DNA from: a virus
Taxonomy: Duplodnaviria; Heunggongvirae; Uroviricota; Caudoviricetes
Virus record (IMG/VR): IMGVR_UViG_2901984674_000003
Direction: 5' to 3' (one strand)
Length of the DNA stretch: 64,000 nt
Below, one piece after another: positions 9,302-19,769 of this stretch. The notes beneath the pieces are model-generated. The model made no database searches. It was not told where the DNA came from and saw only the letters and a program-made list of their open reading frames with translations. The translations under genes and the position numbers were made by a program. Numbering within the stretch: the stretch's first letter is position 1; every line of letters starts with the position of its first letter.

Positions 9302-10429
9302 TTATTGTTGCGCCTTAGCATCATCAGCTGTACCACTAAACATTTGCATATTGTTAGCTTGCAAACGTTTGAAGTTAGTTTGTTCAACACCTAAAGCGTC
9401 CTTTTTAATTCTATAATTTGCCATTCTTTGATAATTCTTATCAGCGGTTGCAACATCTTCTTTTAAAGCTGAAATAGATTGTTCCATTTGTTGCTTACCT
9501 GATAGCGCTGTTTGATCTTCAGGGTTTTCAGCTAAACGCTTGTCATATTCTTTGAGCGTAGCTTGTGCCATCTTGATTTTCTTGTGAGCATCGTTTATTT
9601 GCTTACGGTACTTAGCAAGGTTTTGCTTTACAAACAAGTTGTCAACTAACTTACGCTCATTGTTACCCCAGTTGTAGTCTACTCGTTTAGATGAAGCTGG
9701 GTTTACACGAATGTAGTAAACTGGTGGTCTTGTGTCTTCATTAGTTTGACTTTGAGTGCTAGTCATACTTGAAGAGTCATCTCCAGCCAACTGTTGTGTA
9801 ATAGATTTGTCTAGGGTTTCGTCTGTAACATTGTCTGATTGAATGTCAGAACTTGAAATCAACTGTCCCTTATCGTAAATCATGATAACAAAAGCCTCAT
9901 TTGGAAATGGAACCTTACTTTTAACCGTTAAAACACCGTTACCGTCAGTTCCAAAGAACCCATATTTAACTGATAGGTTTTCAATATGATAAGACTTGCT
10001 AGTAACAATGTATAACTTATACTTTTTACCAAATGAAGATAATTGTTGGTGAGCTGTATCATCATATTTAATTTCAGCTGCTAAGTTCTTGTTATCCTTA
10101 GAAACAATAACATTACCAACTGTTAAATCACCTTTAGACTCACCTTGAAACAATGGCAAGCTTGTACCTTTTTTCATAGTGATACGTGATAGCATTACCT
10201 TATAATCATGGTTATTCTTAAAGATTGTTCCAAAACTTAAACCAACAATCAAAAAACCAATAAGTGTGATTAAAGGCATGATACGGTACATCTTTACGTC
10301 AGCAAAGGTATGTTCCTTTTCGTTTACCTTTTGGTTGACCTTATCGACCTTTTCAACATTTTTATCTTTCTTTTTCTTCTTTTCTTTTTTAGGCTTTTCT
10401 TTAGATTTTTTCTTTGACTTTAAAAACAA
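9302..10429 (-). CDS. Membrane-anchored protein with a Lys-rich N-terminus, one TM helix and a C-terminal coiled-coil
   Basis: 375-aa ORF containing the TM segment IMPLITLIGFLIVGLSF. It is operonic with the neighbouring membrane proteins. Confidence 0.5.
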   Translation of the reverse strand: MFLKSKKKSKEKPKKEKKKKKDKNVEKVDKVNQKVNEKEHTFADVKMYRIMPLITLIGFLIVGLSFGTIFKNNHDYKVMLSRITMKKGTSLPLFQGESKGDLTVGNVIVSKDNKNLAAEIKYDDTAHQQLSSFGKKYKLYIVTSKSYHIENLSVKYGFFGTDGNGVLTVKSKVPFPNEAFVIMIYDKGQLISSSDIQSDNVTDETLDKSITQQLAGDDSSSMTSTQSQTNEDTRPPVYYIRVNPASSKRVDYNWGNNERKLVDNLFVKQNLAKYRKQINDAHKKIKMAQATLKEYDKRLAENPEDQTALSGKQQMEQSISALKEDVATADKNYQRMANYRIKKDALGVEQTNFKRLQANNMQMFSGTADDAKAQQ

Positions 10430-11171
10430 GTTGCACCCCTCCTACTGTTAATAAATAAATGAAGGCTATTAAAACCACAAATGCGCAACTCTTATAGCCT
10501 TCAAACATTAAGTTCATATCAATCTTAGTCCCATGTGATTGATAGTAGATAAACATAGATGTTAATCTTTGGATATTAAAATTCTTAGCTGATAAAAAGC
10601 TTTGCCAGTGTTGGTATTGCTGATAAGTCCAACCTGCCCAAATAATGTATGGTAGTAGTGCAAAGTATAAGTACCAGTTGTTTTTATCAACGTATTTTCT
10701 ACTTATATAAACAGCAAACATAGTAGTAATTGCAATGATAATAAAAGTAAGAAAATAGCTGATGTTAACTAATTTAACTGCTCGACCAACAGCTTTAACT
10801 GTAAGTTTGTTTTTAGGTAAGAGAAACGATAAAACAATAAAGCCTAAGCCACTGGAAGTCATTAGTAGAGCTAAGTTACTAAAAACAAAATTCCATACGC
10901 TTTGTTTCTTTACGGTCTTATACAAAATAAATCCGCCTAAAACAATAAGTAAAACAATACCTATCAAAAATACCCAGTCAGCAACATACTTCAACTCAAA
11001 AATATTGTTAGACATTACTGGTAAGTATTTAGGTTGTGTAATCGTTGCAACAACTACCATCATCAAAGTTATAACCAGCGTTACCATCAATCCCCAAAAG
11101 GTGTTTCTAGCAATCTTTTTAACAAGGTTTAAACGTTCCTGCTTATCTTTTTTGGCTTTCACACAAATCAC
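10401..11171 (-). CDS. Polytopic integral membrane protein (about 6 TM helices)
   Basis: 256-aa hydrophobic ORF. Confidence 0.5.
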   Translation of the reverse strand: MICVKAKKDKQERLNLVKKIARNTFWGLMVTLVITLMMVVVATITQPKYLPVMSNNIFELKYVADWVFLIGIVLLIVLGGFILYKTVKKQSVWNFVFSNLALLMTSSGLGFIVLSFLLPKNKLTVKAVGRAVKLVNISYFLTFIIIAITTMFAVYISRKYVDKNNWYLYFALLPYIIWAGWTYQQYQHWQSFLSAKNFNIQRLTSMFIYYQSHGTKIDMNLMFEGYKSCAFVVLIAFIYLLTVGGVQLVFKVKEKI

Positions 11172-11175
11172 TTCC

Positions 11176-11919
11176 TTACTTATTGAATTGTTGCTTGCTT
11201 AAGTTAAAGTAATTAACAATGTCGCTAGGTGCTTGATTCCAGCTCCATTTTTGACTTAAATTACCGTGAGTATCAATTCTCCAACTATCGTCAGGCTCAA
11301 GGCAAGTAATCACGTTAATTTCAGGTTTATCAGTGTTGTTTTGAATATCTGTTTTGTATTCAGAAATTGTATGCTGAACGTCAATTGTATATTCATATAA
11401 ACCTTTATCATTGGCTAAATAGATCTTTTTACCGTCTAACCAATGGTTGTCTTGTGCGTGTCGATTAACTAAATAAGGAGAGTTAAGCCCTACGTTTTGT
11501 TGAAGTGGGCTAAACATCTTCTTACCGTCAGTATAATTGTGAGCTACAAGTAAGAAATTACCTTGACCTATGCCTGCTTGATCGGCATCTTTACCCTTAG
11601 CTTCTAGCTGTTGCGCACCTACTAACAAAGCCTGTTCATCATAAGGTTTATTGTATATAGGAAGTAAAATTCCTAAGTCTGGAATAGCTACTGTACCAAC
11701 CCTGTTTAAACCTTCTTGATCGTTTTTAACGACGTTTTGCTTAATGTCTTCGATGTGGTTATTTGTTATCTCAGAGTCTGATACAACTAAAGGCTTACGG
11801 CTGGAACTAGCTACTGCTTGAGTGCTGTTAAAAAGGTTTGCAGAATAGATGTAATAACCGCCAAAGAATATCAAAGAAACAACACCTACGGTTAGCATGA
11901 TGTCTGGAAGTTTTCGCAT
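11176..11919 (-). CDS. Sortase-family transpeptidase (class A-like)
   Basis: N-terminal TM, AIPDLGILLPIY, LLVAHNYT (catalytic His region), INVITC (TLxTC-like Cys motif) and a downstream WRID Arg. The order matches the SrtA fold. Confidence 0.6.
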   Translation of the reverse strand: MRKLPDIMLTVGVVSLIFFGGYYIYSANLFNSTQAVASSSRKPLVVSDSEITNNHIEDIKQNVVKNDQEGLNRVGTVAIPDLGILLPIYNKPYDEQALLVGAQQLEAKGKDADQAGIGQGNFLLVAHNYTDGKKMFSPLQQNVGLNSPYLVNRHAQDNHWLDGKKIYLANDKGLYEYTIDVQHTISEYKTDIQNNTDKPEINVITCLEPDDSWRIDTHGNLSQKWSWNQAPSDIVNYFNLSKQQFNK

Positions 11920-12176
11920 TAAGATCCCCCCATCCAGGTAGGTCTGTTTTCGTCTGTGACTGGTACAACCGTTGTTCCATTGTCAATTAACAATGGTATA
12001 TTGCCGTCCTTTGCCCACTTAATAACAGTAGCTTCAGTGTAACCAGTTAGCTTAACCACACTATCAACCGTTATATATTTCATGTCGTTAAAATCTCGAC
12101 GCAATTTCATAATGCGTTGCTGTCTACGCTCGTAACTTGCGTTAGCCAAATTATCTAAAGTTGACAATAAAATCAC
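11919..12176 (-). CDS. Small DNA-binding (HTH / excisionase-like) protein
   Basis: An 85-aa ORF containing ITVDSVVKLTGYTEATVIKWAKDGNIP, a helix-turn-helix-like segment. Confidence 0.4.
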   Translation of the reverse strand: MILLSTLDNLANASYERRQQRIMKLRRDFNDMKYITVDSVVKLTGYTEATVIKWAKDGNIPLLIDNGTTVVPVTDENRPTWMGGS

Positions 12177-12379
12177 CTACTTTCTGTATACTTATATAAT
12201 ACCTTAATTCGTGATTAAAGTACGCTAAAAGTCAATTCTTTGTTAACAAAAAGAATTGACTTCACGTTTGCTTTATTTGGTTCTTTATATCATTATAGCT
12301 TACGTTATTTATAGCTTTGCGACTACATTTATTAATTACTTAGTATCTTAGTGCCTTAAGCTACTTATATATTTTGGCA

Positions 12380-13963
12380 CTAACGGCGGTAACCGTATCT
12401 TCTTTTAGCCTGTCTTTGCTTATTGAGGTACTCTGGGATTAGCTTTTCTGTGTATTGTACTAAAAAGCTATAACTAACCTTATACTCGTCGTTGTAATGG
12501 TCTGAAATTTCTCTTAATTGATTAAATAGCCAACCTTTGTTCAAGGTTTCTAAGTCGTTTATTTCTAGGAACTTGCGTATTGCAAAATAAATAGGTGATT
12601 TTATCTTTGGAACTTGTCCTTCCATTAAGCTTAATTTGTGCTTAGCAACAAAGATTGCCACAATGCGTTTGATGTTCCACTTAAAGTTAACACTAGAATT
12701 AGCTAGTTTCCTGAGTTCCAAATATTCTTGATCTTCGGCTGTAATTTCTTCTAGTTTAACGTCTTTGTCTTCAACCTTATCTGTGTTTGGTTCTACTTCT
12801 TTTTCAAATACCATAAACCTATGACCACAGTTAGGACAAACACGATACTCAATGCCATCTTCTTTTTTGGTTAACCAGTTTTCAAAAACACCTTTGCAAA
12901 TTTTGCAACAACAACTTTCAACCTTGCCTTCGTCCTTACTTTTTTCTAACGACCAAAAATGCTCGGTTGTAGGTAAGCCATGCTTTAGGTAATTACCAAC
13001 GTGGTCTATAATAATTGACTGTTTGTTAGGGCGATATCTCATACCTCGCATGGATTGTTGAATAAACACTGTTAGCGACTCAGTTGGGCGCATGAGAATA
13101 ACCGTGTTACAGTCTGGAACATTGAATCCTTCTGACACTAAGTCAACGTTACACAAAATCTGATATTCCTTGTTCTTAAACCCAGTCATAATTCTTTCTC
13201 GTTCTTCGGCTGGAGTTTCGCTATCAACATGAATAGCACTAATGCCAGCGTCTTGGAACTCTTTGGCATATTTCTTGGAAAACTCCACGCTGTGAGCATA
13301 TAAGATAGCTTGTTGTCCCTTAGCTTTATCAAGGTAGGTATCAACTACTTTACCAAAAATGTCGGCTTGATCTAAGGCTGATGAAATTGATTTATTAGTG
13401 TATTCACCACGGTTTTTCTTAAGCTTCTTTCTATTTAAGACCGACAATGAGTAATACTTGAATGGAGCTAGATAATGATTTTCAATCAACCATTTAACAC
13501 TCTTGCCCTCAACCATGGTATCGTACACATCTTTAAAACCTTCACCACTAAGTCTGACTGGAGTTGCGGTAAAGCCTAATCTCAAGGCTTTATCATAGTA
13601 TTTATATATTTCCATGTAAGAGTTAGCCTTAGAGTGATGTGTTTCATCGGTTACAATCATGTAAGGATCTGGCAATTTACCTAACCTGTTCTTAAGCTTA
13701 ATCACGGAAGTAACCGTTACATAATCCATGTTAACATTAGATGCAATCAAGTCTGATCGTATTTGCTCTACCAATTCCTTACGATGAACCATAAAATAAA
13801 CGTATTTTTCTTCGTCAGTTAACGTTTTGATAATATCAGAAATAATCACTGATTTACCTGAACCAGCTGGAGAAACAACCATAACCGCCTTTTTACCATG
13901 TGCAAACTCATGCCAAACTTTATAGATTATTTCTTTTTGATAGCCATACAATTCATAAGCCAC
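12380..13963 (-). CDS. Superfamily-2 DNA/RNA helicase (DEAH/res-subunit-like) with a C-terminal Cys4 zinc ribbon
   Basis: Walker A VSPAGSGKSV, DExH box VTDETHH, motif VI-like QQSMRGMR, and C-terminal CCCKIC...CPNCG. Confidence 0.7.
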   Translation of the reverse strand: MAYELYGYQKEIIYKVWHEFAHGKKAVMVVSPAGSGKSVIISDIIKTLTDEEKYVYFMVHRKELVEQIRSDLIASNVNMDYVTVTSVIKLKNRLGKLPDPYMIVTDETHHSKANSYMEIYKYYDKALRLGFTATPVRLSGEGFKDVYDTMVEGKSVKWLIENHYLAPFKYYSLSVLNRKKLKKNRGEYTNKSISSALDQADIFGKVVDTYLDKAKGQQAILYAHSVEFSKKYAKEFQDAGISAIHVDSETPAEERERIMTGFKNKEYQILCNVDLVSEGFNVPDCNTVILMRPTESLTVFIQQSMRGMRYRPNKQSIIIDHVGNYLKHGLPTTEHFWSLEKSKDEGKVESCCCKICKGVFENWLTKKEDGIEYRVCPNCGHRFMVFEKEVEPNTDKVEDKDVKLEEITAEDQEYLELRKLANSSVNFKWNIKRIVAIFVAKHKLSLMEGQVPKIKSPIYFAIRKFLEINDLETLNKGWLFNQLREISDHYNDEYKVSYSFLVQYTEKLIPEYLNKQRQAKRRYGYRR

Positions 13964-14201
13964 ACAACCACGTCCTTTCTAACCGTATTTTTATATCTTA
14001 AGCCACTAAGTTACTAAGCCACTAATAAACTTGTATCAAAAATGTATAAAAAATTAAAATGTATTTTTCAGAGAAAATAAAAGATCGTTGGTACAACAAC
14101 CTTTTTGACCATCGTGTATTTTTCGTAGAAAATAAGCTACCAAGACATTTAGATCTAAAATATACCAAGCCATTAAGCTACTTATCCATTCAGCTATTAT
14201 T

Positions 14202-15449
14202 TTACCGTATGTTAACAGCGTATACGACTCTGTTGCCTTGTCTCCTGATTACACCCTTAGATAACAATATGCCGACAAGTTTGTCATAGAGTTGGTACAA
14301 CTCTTGGTCTGTTTGTCTGACTGGGTATTCAAACTTTTTGGCCAAGCGTGTAACAAAGCCTACTGCCACATTAGCAATATTGACGCTTTCGTGAGCTTTG
14401 GTCTTACCTTGACCTAGTATTCCGTACAAGACAAGGATTAAGCCGTAATCATCTGGATCTAAAGCGTACATCTCACTTGTTTCTTCATCGAACAATTTAT
14501 CAAACAATAGTCTAGCTCTACGTGTGACTTCTTTTCGCTTGTTAGCAAGTCCTGAAAAGTCTTTGCGTAGCGTTTGCTTTCGCTTGGAACTATCAATTTG
14601 ATTAGCCTTTTCTTCTAAATTGGCTTGATGTTTTTCTTCCCAGCTTGCTTGCTCGTCTAAGTAGTACTTGAACTTAGCTTTTAACTTTTTGATTTTAGCT
14701 TCTTTTTTAGCTTGTCCAAGCTTTGCCTTACGTTCTTCTTCGACTCGTCTTTTTTCTTCTTCTCGCTTGCGTTTTTCTCTTTCTTGACGTTCTTTTTCCT
14801 CACGTTCTTTTCTAAGTTTTTCTTCTTCTTCAAGTTTACGCTCGTACTCTTCTCGACTTTTACGTGAGTTTACGTCTTGAACTAGTTTTTCTAGTTTCTT
14901 GTAGTCACGGTTATATATAGGTAGATTTTGTTCTTCAAACGCTGCTAAAAACTTAAGATCTTTAGTCTTGAAATACTCTTCAACTTCATAATCAAAGGCA
15001 AACTCTTGGATAAACTCATACATAAGCTTAGGGAAAGTGTAGCCCCTAGCGTACCAATAAAGGATTTCGTCTAGCCCTCGATCTATCTTGTGCTGACCGT
15101 TGAGAATTTCTCTAACTACAGCGTTACTAATGCCTGCTTCTTGTTTGAGATGCTCGCTACCAAAACCTAAGACCTCACCAGTGATGTTAGACTGACAATA
15201 ATACAGGTACTTAACACCCTTGCCACAACTACATTTTAATGTTGAGTCTTGTGGGTGCGATGGATCGTAATTATAGTTAATTTGCATTTCTAAAAACTTC
15301 CAGTCACCACCACTTTGGCTAAACTCAGTTAAAACTTCTGAATTATACTTGTACTTACGGTATTCGTTTAGCGTTTTTCGCTGTTCTGGCGATAATAATG
15401 CTAAGTAGATTTGACGTTCTTTTGATGTTAGATGGATTGCTTTTTTCAC
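14202..15449 (-). CDS. Hypothetical protein with an N-terminal Cys cluster and a central Glu/Lys/Arg-rich coiled-coil
   Basis: 415-aa ORF with CSCGKG...YYCQ and an EEEKLRKEREEKERQEREKRKREEEKRR low-complexity helix. Confidence 0.5.
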   Translation of the reverse strand: MKKAIHLTSKERQIYLALLSPEQRKTLNEYRKYKYNSEVLTEFSQSGGDWKFLEMQINYNYDPSHPQDSTLKCSCGKGVKYLYYCQSNITGEVLGFGSEHLKQEAGISNAVVREILNGQHKIDRGLDEILYWYARGYTFPKLMYEFIQEFAFDYEVEEYFKTKDLKFLAAFEEQNLPIYNRDYKKLEKLVQDVNSRKSREEYERKLEEEEKLRKEREEKERQEREKRKREEEKRRVEEERKAKLGQAKKEAKIKKLKAKFKYYLDEQASWEEKHQANLEEKANQIDSSKRKQTLRKDFSGLANKRKEVTRRARLLFDKLFDEETSEMYALDPDDYGLILVLYGILGQGKTKAHESVNIANVAVGFVTRLAKKFEYPVRQTDQELYQLYDKLVGILLSKGVIRRQGNRVVYAVNIR

Positions 15450-15453
15450 GTTA

Positions 15454-15966
15454 TCACCCCTTTACCTCAAATACAACAGTATTACCATTATTAATCGTGT
15501 GAACATGAATATCATTGTAAGCTTCAAGCCACCACAATTCCGTTCCACCCATGATAGACCATATATTACTCAAATCTTCTTTTAAAACTTTGCCACGCTT
15601 ATGTTGCTTATAGGTTCTATTTACAATTTCCTCAAGTATTCCAAATTCGTACTGATTACTTCTGGCTTGCATACACGCTTCGTCAGCAGTTGTCATATCA
15701 ATAGCACAATCTAGTTCACAAGCTTCATATGGTTTAGTAGGCTTACCAAACTCAATACTTAAGTGCTTTGCATTACGTGGATATGTAGGATTAGATACTT
15801 CGACTTTGTAACCTAAGTATTCTAATATTTCAACAACTCGGTTTACATATTCGTTATCAACAGTTTTGTCCAAGTAAAACAAGCCAATCTCAGCATTTTC
15901 ATAGATTGCGTCATCAATCTCAGTTAATACAGTTAATGGAATATTGTCTGTATTGATGTTTTTCAT
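15454..15966 (-). CDS. Hypothetical protein
   Basis: 170-aa ORF about 4 nt downstream of the previous gene. Confidence 0.45.
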   Translation of the reverse strand: MKNINTDNIPLTVLTEIDDAIYENAEIGLFYLDKTVDNEYVNRVVEILEYLGYKVEVSNPTYPRNAKHLSIEFGKPTKPYEACELDCAIDMTTADEACMQARSNQYEFGILEEIVNRTYKQHKRGKVLKEDLSNIWSIMGGTELWWLEAYNDIHVHTINNGNTVVFEVKG

Positions 15967-16074
15967 TGTTAATTTCTCCCTTCATTCTAAGCTATAAAGC
16001 CATAAATGTACTGATTACTAAAACAACAAAGCCACCAGTAGCATTGACTACCAGTGGCAACGTAGAAGAAAACG

Positions 16075-16515
16075 TTAGAGTGGCTTGAATCCTTGGTTTA
16101 ATATATCCAAGACATTATCATCGTTGTTTTCTGCTTTAATTTTAGTAATTTTAGGCTTTGTTTTGTTGTTTGTGCTACTTGTATCTTTAGCTACAAATTC
16201 ACTAGTAGATTTATGTTCCTGTTCACTAGTATCTATATTGCTATATCCACTTGTATCTTTAGCAATCATATTATTGTTTAGATTAGCTTGTCTTTCAACA
16301 AAGTATTCATGTTGATTTAAGAACTCTTGATGTGCGTAAAAGCGTAAGGCTCTACGCACGATATTAGATGTGTTTTCGCCTCTGTTCTTTTCTTTAATCA
16401 ACAAAGCAACAATATCAGCGTCTTCGATTGGATCAATCAAAGTTACTAAACGCTTAGTCTTTTTGTTTTTCTTAGCTGGGCGACCAACTTTTCTTTTTTC
16501 AGGCACTCGCCTCAC
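16075..16515 (-). CDS. parR: ParR-like ribbon-helix-helix centromere-binding protein (type II partition)
   Basis: Basic N-terminus, then an RHH-like LVTLIDPIEDADIVALL...NIVRRALRFY segment. It lies immediately downstream of the actin-like ATPase gene. Confidence 0.45.
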   Translation of the reverse strand: MRRVPEKRKVGRPAKKNKKTKRLVTLIDPIEDADIVALLIKEKNRGENTSNIVRRALRFYAHQEFLNQHEYFVERQANLNNNMIAKDTSGYSNIDTSEQEHKSTSEFVAKDTSSTNNKTKPKITKIKAENNDDNVLDILNQGFKPL

Positions 16516-16613
16516 ACCCTTTCGTTACCTAAGACATAAAGATATTTGTTCACTTTAGCCTTAGTGTATTCGTGTATTCTAACATTAGTATCTTAGTAGC
16601 TTAAGACATTAGG

Positions 16614-17720
16614 CTACATATTGCTGTTGAGGTATTTGTCATACTTCAAAAAGCCGTTAACGTTAGCATATTCAGCGTTGTCAACAAACACTACTGCAGC
16701 TTGTTTAGCAAAAGCTTTTTCAAACATATCGTGATTTAAGATGTTAGATGTGCCACCAGTAACTAACAAAGTGTCAATTTCAGCGATGTTCTTAAACGCT
16801 CCATAAACCTTATCAATTACGTTTGAAGTATAATGGTCAATTTCGCCTAAAACTAACTCGGTAATATCAAAGATATTATTAGCTGATTGCTTATATACAA
16901 ACTTAGCGTTGTCAAAACCACGTTCCAAGCCATCTCTTACCATAGCTTCAATTTTATGCACATCTGGGCTGATGCCTAATTCAAGCTCGATTAAAGATTT
17001 AACTGAGTTGTATAAAGTGTCTGCTCCAGTTGGTAGTTGTAAACGTGCTTGACGGTCTAAGTTAGCGTTGATTATTTGGTCTAATAACAATGTTCCACCG
17101 CCAACATCAATGATGCCAACACGATTTAAAGCTACGTTGTTACTATTAGGTTTTAATTCATCGTTTAACACAACGTCATAGAATGTTCCAATTGGCTGTG
17201 GCACTACCAAGACTTGAACTACACGTACAATTACTTCTTTACCATCAACTGTAACTAAGTGTCTACGTGGCTTAAAGTCTTGTCCGTCTTTTTCTAAAAA
17301 GATGCTCTTAATTTCATCAACTGTTTCTTTATTATAATCGCCTGTAGGAACACCTGCGATAACTGATACAGCTGTTAGTTCACTTTCAATATAATCCTTA
17401 GCTAGAAATGCTAAAGCAAACTCATTTAACAAACGGTAGATGTTGCGTTGGTATCTACCTTCAAAGCCAAGTGAGTCTTGGATCTTATCTTGAGAGTAAT
17501 TTAAGATACCAGCTCCCCAGTAATACTTTTGTGTATCACCATTTAAAGATAAGTCGATTACACCGTCTGGTTTAGATGTTGAAAAGACTGATGCTACATC
17601 TCTTTGATTAATTAAAGATGATGGAAATACATAACTGTCTTTACTATTTTTAAGTTTACTTTGTTTATTGCCAATATCTAATGCGAAAAAGTTTGTTGGT
17701 TGATTTTTCTTTTGAGTCAT
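16614..17720 (-). CDS. parM: Actin-like plasmid segregation ATPase (ParM/StbA family)
   Basis: FALDIGN (phosphate-1), GIIDVGGGT (phosphate-2) and LLVTGGTS (adenosine motif). A 460-nt AT-rich region upstream (17721-18180) is the likely parC/promoter region. Confidence 0.65.
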   Translation of the reverse strand: MTQKKNQPTNFFALDIGNKQSKLKNSKDSYVFPSSLINQRDVASVFSTSKPDGVIDLSLNGDTQKYYWGAGILNYSQDKIQDSLGFEGRYQRNIYRLLNEFALAFLAKDYIESELTAVSVIAGVPTGDYNKETVDEIKSIFLEKDGQDFKPRRHLVTVDGKEVIVRVVQVLVVPQPIGTFYDVVLNDELKPNSNNVALNRVGIIDVGGGTLLLDQIINANLDRQARLQLPTGADTLYNSVKSLIELELGISPDVHKIEAMVRDGLERGFDNAKFVYKQSANNIFDITELVLGEIDHYTSNVIDKVYGAFKNIAEIDTLLVTGGTSNILNHDMFEKAFAKQAAVVFVDNAEYANVNGFLKYDKYLNSNM

Positions 17721-18195
17721 ATTTATGATACCTTCCTTTATTAAAAATCAAACACACTCTTCTATTACTTTTAGTCTTAAGATGTGTTTCAAATAATTTC
17801 ATACTGTAATACTAACATTTTTATATACATTTGTAAATAATAAAAGTTCACAAAAAATATCATAGTTAGGATAAACCATAATTTTAATGCAATTAAATTA
17901 CAATAAAATCTCGACAATAGCAAGAATATAGGCTTTTGATTTTATTTTAGAGTTAATCAAAATAGCTACTTTTTATAAACTTTTATATAGGAAGAGAATT
18001 TAAATTGCATAAAAAGTGTACAAAATTATTTTAAAAAAGTATATTAAAAGTATTGCAATGAGTCACAAATAGGTGTATTATTATAACCGTAGATAAGGAA
18101 ATGTGTTATCATATAATTGCAATTTAGATTACTTTATTTCAAACCTACATTAAAACTATTTTTGAAAACTTAATATAATTTTGGAGGACTTTATT

Positions 18196-19254
18196 ATGAA
18201 CGAAGATATTTTCTCAAGCTTAATGGTTAACACTGAAGAAGGAACTACTACAGGAGTACCTCTAAGACCACAAGGAATCGAAGTCTTAAACCTTCGCCAC
18301 AACGGTCAAACTGGAGCTTTAACAATCCAGTTTCCAACTTTGCAAAGTGGTGATCGTGGAGAAGTACTTGACGCAAAGTCATACTCACTTATTCCATTGT
18401 TTATCACTAAGATTGCTACAAGCAGCAATGGTATTTCTTCTAATCCTTCATTATCTGGAGTTGGTTACTACGACTTATACAGATATGAAGATACAATGAA
18501 GGGACGTGTAAGCAACAGCTTAGGTATCTTTACAAGCAAGGGCTTAAAAGATCACTTCGCTGAAGAAGGGGCTAAAGTTAAGCATCGTATCTTTGGACTA
18601 TTGATTAAAAAAGACGGTGGTTCAATTAATAAAAACGAAAGCCTAAAAGATCTAAGCACTAGAAACGATGGTTTAGTAGTAGCTTACATCGACTTACTTC
18701 CAAGTAAGTACTTCGCTTTAGCTCAACAATTAAACTGCGATTATTCTAAGGTTGCTAACTTAATTGCTGGTAAAGTTCTTACCGTTGAAGGTGTTACAAA
18801 GACTAACCTAGATGTTTACTACAACAAGACATCTAAGGGTGGGGTGTTCTTACCTAAGTTTAGTTTAGACAACTTACAAGCAACATCTAAACAACGCTTA
18901 GCAAGTAAATCCAAAGACTTAATCACAAATGTTTTAAGTCCTTATATTAACGAAATTAAAGAAAATGACGTATTCTTAAACAGCCTTGTTTCTCACAATT
19001 TTATTCAACCTAAAACTGTTGAAAAATTAGGAAACATCGGTATCGTCAATGATAAAACCTTGAAATCATTCTTAGGCGAACCTGAAGATTGGAATAAGAT
19101 TGTATCTGTTGTAAACGATCAACCAACACTTCAATCTGGAATATCAACTACAGTTGATCCTACACCTAAAACTGAAAGTAATGTAGACGATTATTCTAAG
19201 TTCTTGGATAGCACTACTTCAGATGATTTCTCAAACGATGACTTACCATTCTAG
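18196..19254 (+). CDS. Hypothetical protein (353 aa)
   Basis: ATG at 18196 with a GGAGG RBS at 18183-18187 (the ORF track begins at TTG 18181). No recognisable motifs. Confidence 0.5.
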   Translation: MNEDIFSSLMVNTEEGTTTGVPLRPQGIEVLNLRHNGQTGALTIQFPTLQSGDRGEVLDAKSYSLIPLFITKIATSSNGISSNPSLSGVGYYDLYRYEDTMKGRVSNSLGIFTSKGLKDHFAEEGAKVKHRIFGLLIKKDGGSINKNESLKDLSTRNDGLVVAYIDLLPSKYFALAQQLNCDYSKVANLIAGKVLTVEGVTKTNLDVYYNKTSKGGVFLPKFSLDNLQATSKQRLASKSKDLITNVLSPYINEIKENDVFLNSLVSHNFIQPKTVEKLGNIGIVNDKTLKSFLGEPEDWNKIVSVVNDQPTLQSGISTTVDPTPKTESNVDDYSKFLDSTTSDDFSNDDLPF

Positions 19255-19263
19255 CCATCTTAT

Positions 19264-19332
19264 AGCAGGCATGGTTGCTTTGTTAGGGTTCGATTCTCTA
19301 ACTGCTAATAGAGCTAAGCTAAAGCTTGGCTC
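19264..19332 (+). ncRNA. Degenerate tRNA-like minihelix plus hairpin unit (family 1, copy c)
   Basis: GCAGGcatggttgct...GGGTTCGATTCtc...CTGCT followed by a small hairpin; same architecture as the copies below. Confidence 0.35.
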
Positions 19333-19397
19333 AAGGTTGCAAACATTGTTTGCATCGCTCCTTTCGTTTTATATGTTACTTTACTTACTAACTGGGT

Positions 19398-19467
19398 GTG
19401 GCACGCATGGTTGCTATAATAACGGTTCGATTCCGTTAGTGCCAATAGGGTTGCCATAGACCCTATT
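19398..19467 (+). ncRNA. tRNA-like minihelix (acceptor stem plus T-arm, no D or anticodon arms) followed by a short hairpin (family 1, copy a)
   Basis: TGGCAC gcatggttgctataata ACGG-TTCGATT-CCGT ta GTGCCAA, then ATAGGGttgccatagaCCCTAT. Confidence 0.55.
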
Positions 19468-19495
19468 CTCCTTTATTTTATTGAATTAATTAAAT

Positions 19496-19572
19496 TGGTT
19501 GGCAGAATGGTTGCATCAAGGTTCAAGTCCTTGGCTGCCAATAGGGTTTGCCATAAACCCTTATAGATTGCG
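19496..19572 (+). ncRNA. tRNA-like minihelix plus hairpin (family 1, copy b)
   Basis: TGGCAG aatggttgcat CAAGG-TTCAAGT-CCTTGG CTGCCA, then AGGGTTTgccataAAACCCT. Confidence 0.5.
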
Positions 19573-19769
19573 AATATGATGTTAATGGAGGCGAAATACT
19601 TTTAATAAAAACATAGAACTATATAGAATAAAATAGAAATATAAGCTGTAATTAAATTATAAAAAGAATAAATGTAGGTAATTTAAGCATTGTACATGTG
19701 TTTTCTTATTGCTTATATGATTTACGTAAATATAAAAGTAAATAAAAAATGACAAATCTTTGAAAGGCG

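Noticed and set aside
19223-19459. 78-aa ORF spanning tRNA-like elements c and a
   Set aside because: It reads through structured non-coding repeats; the same is true for 22374..22571. The sequence is better explained as RNA elements.
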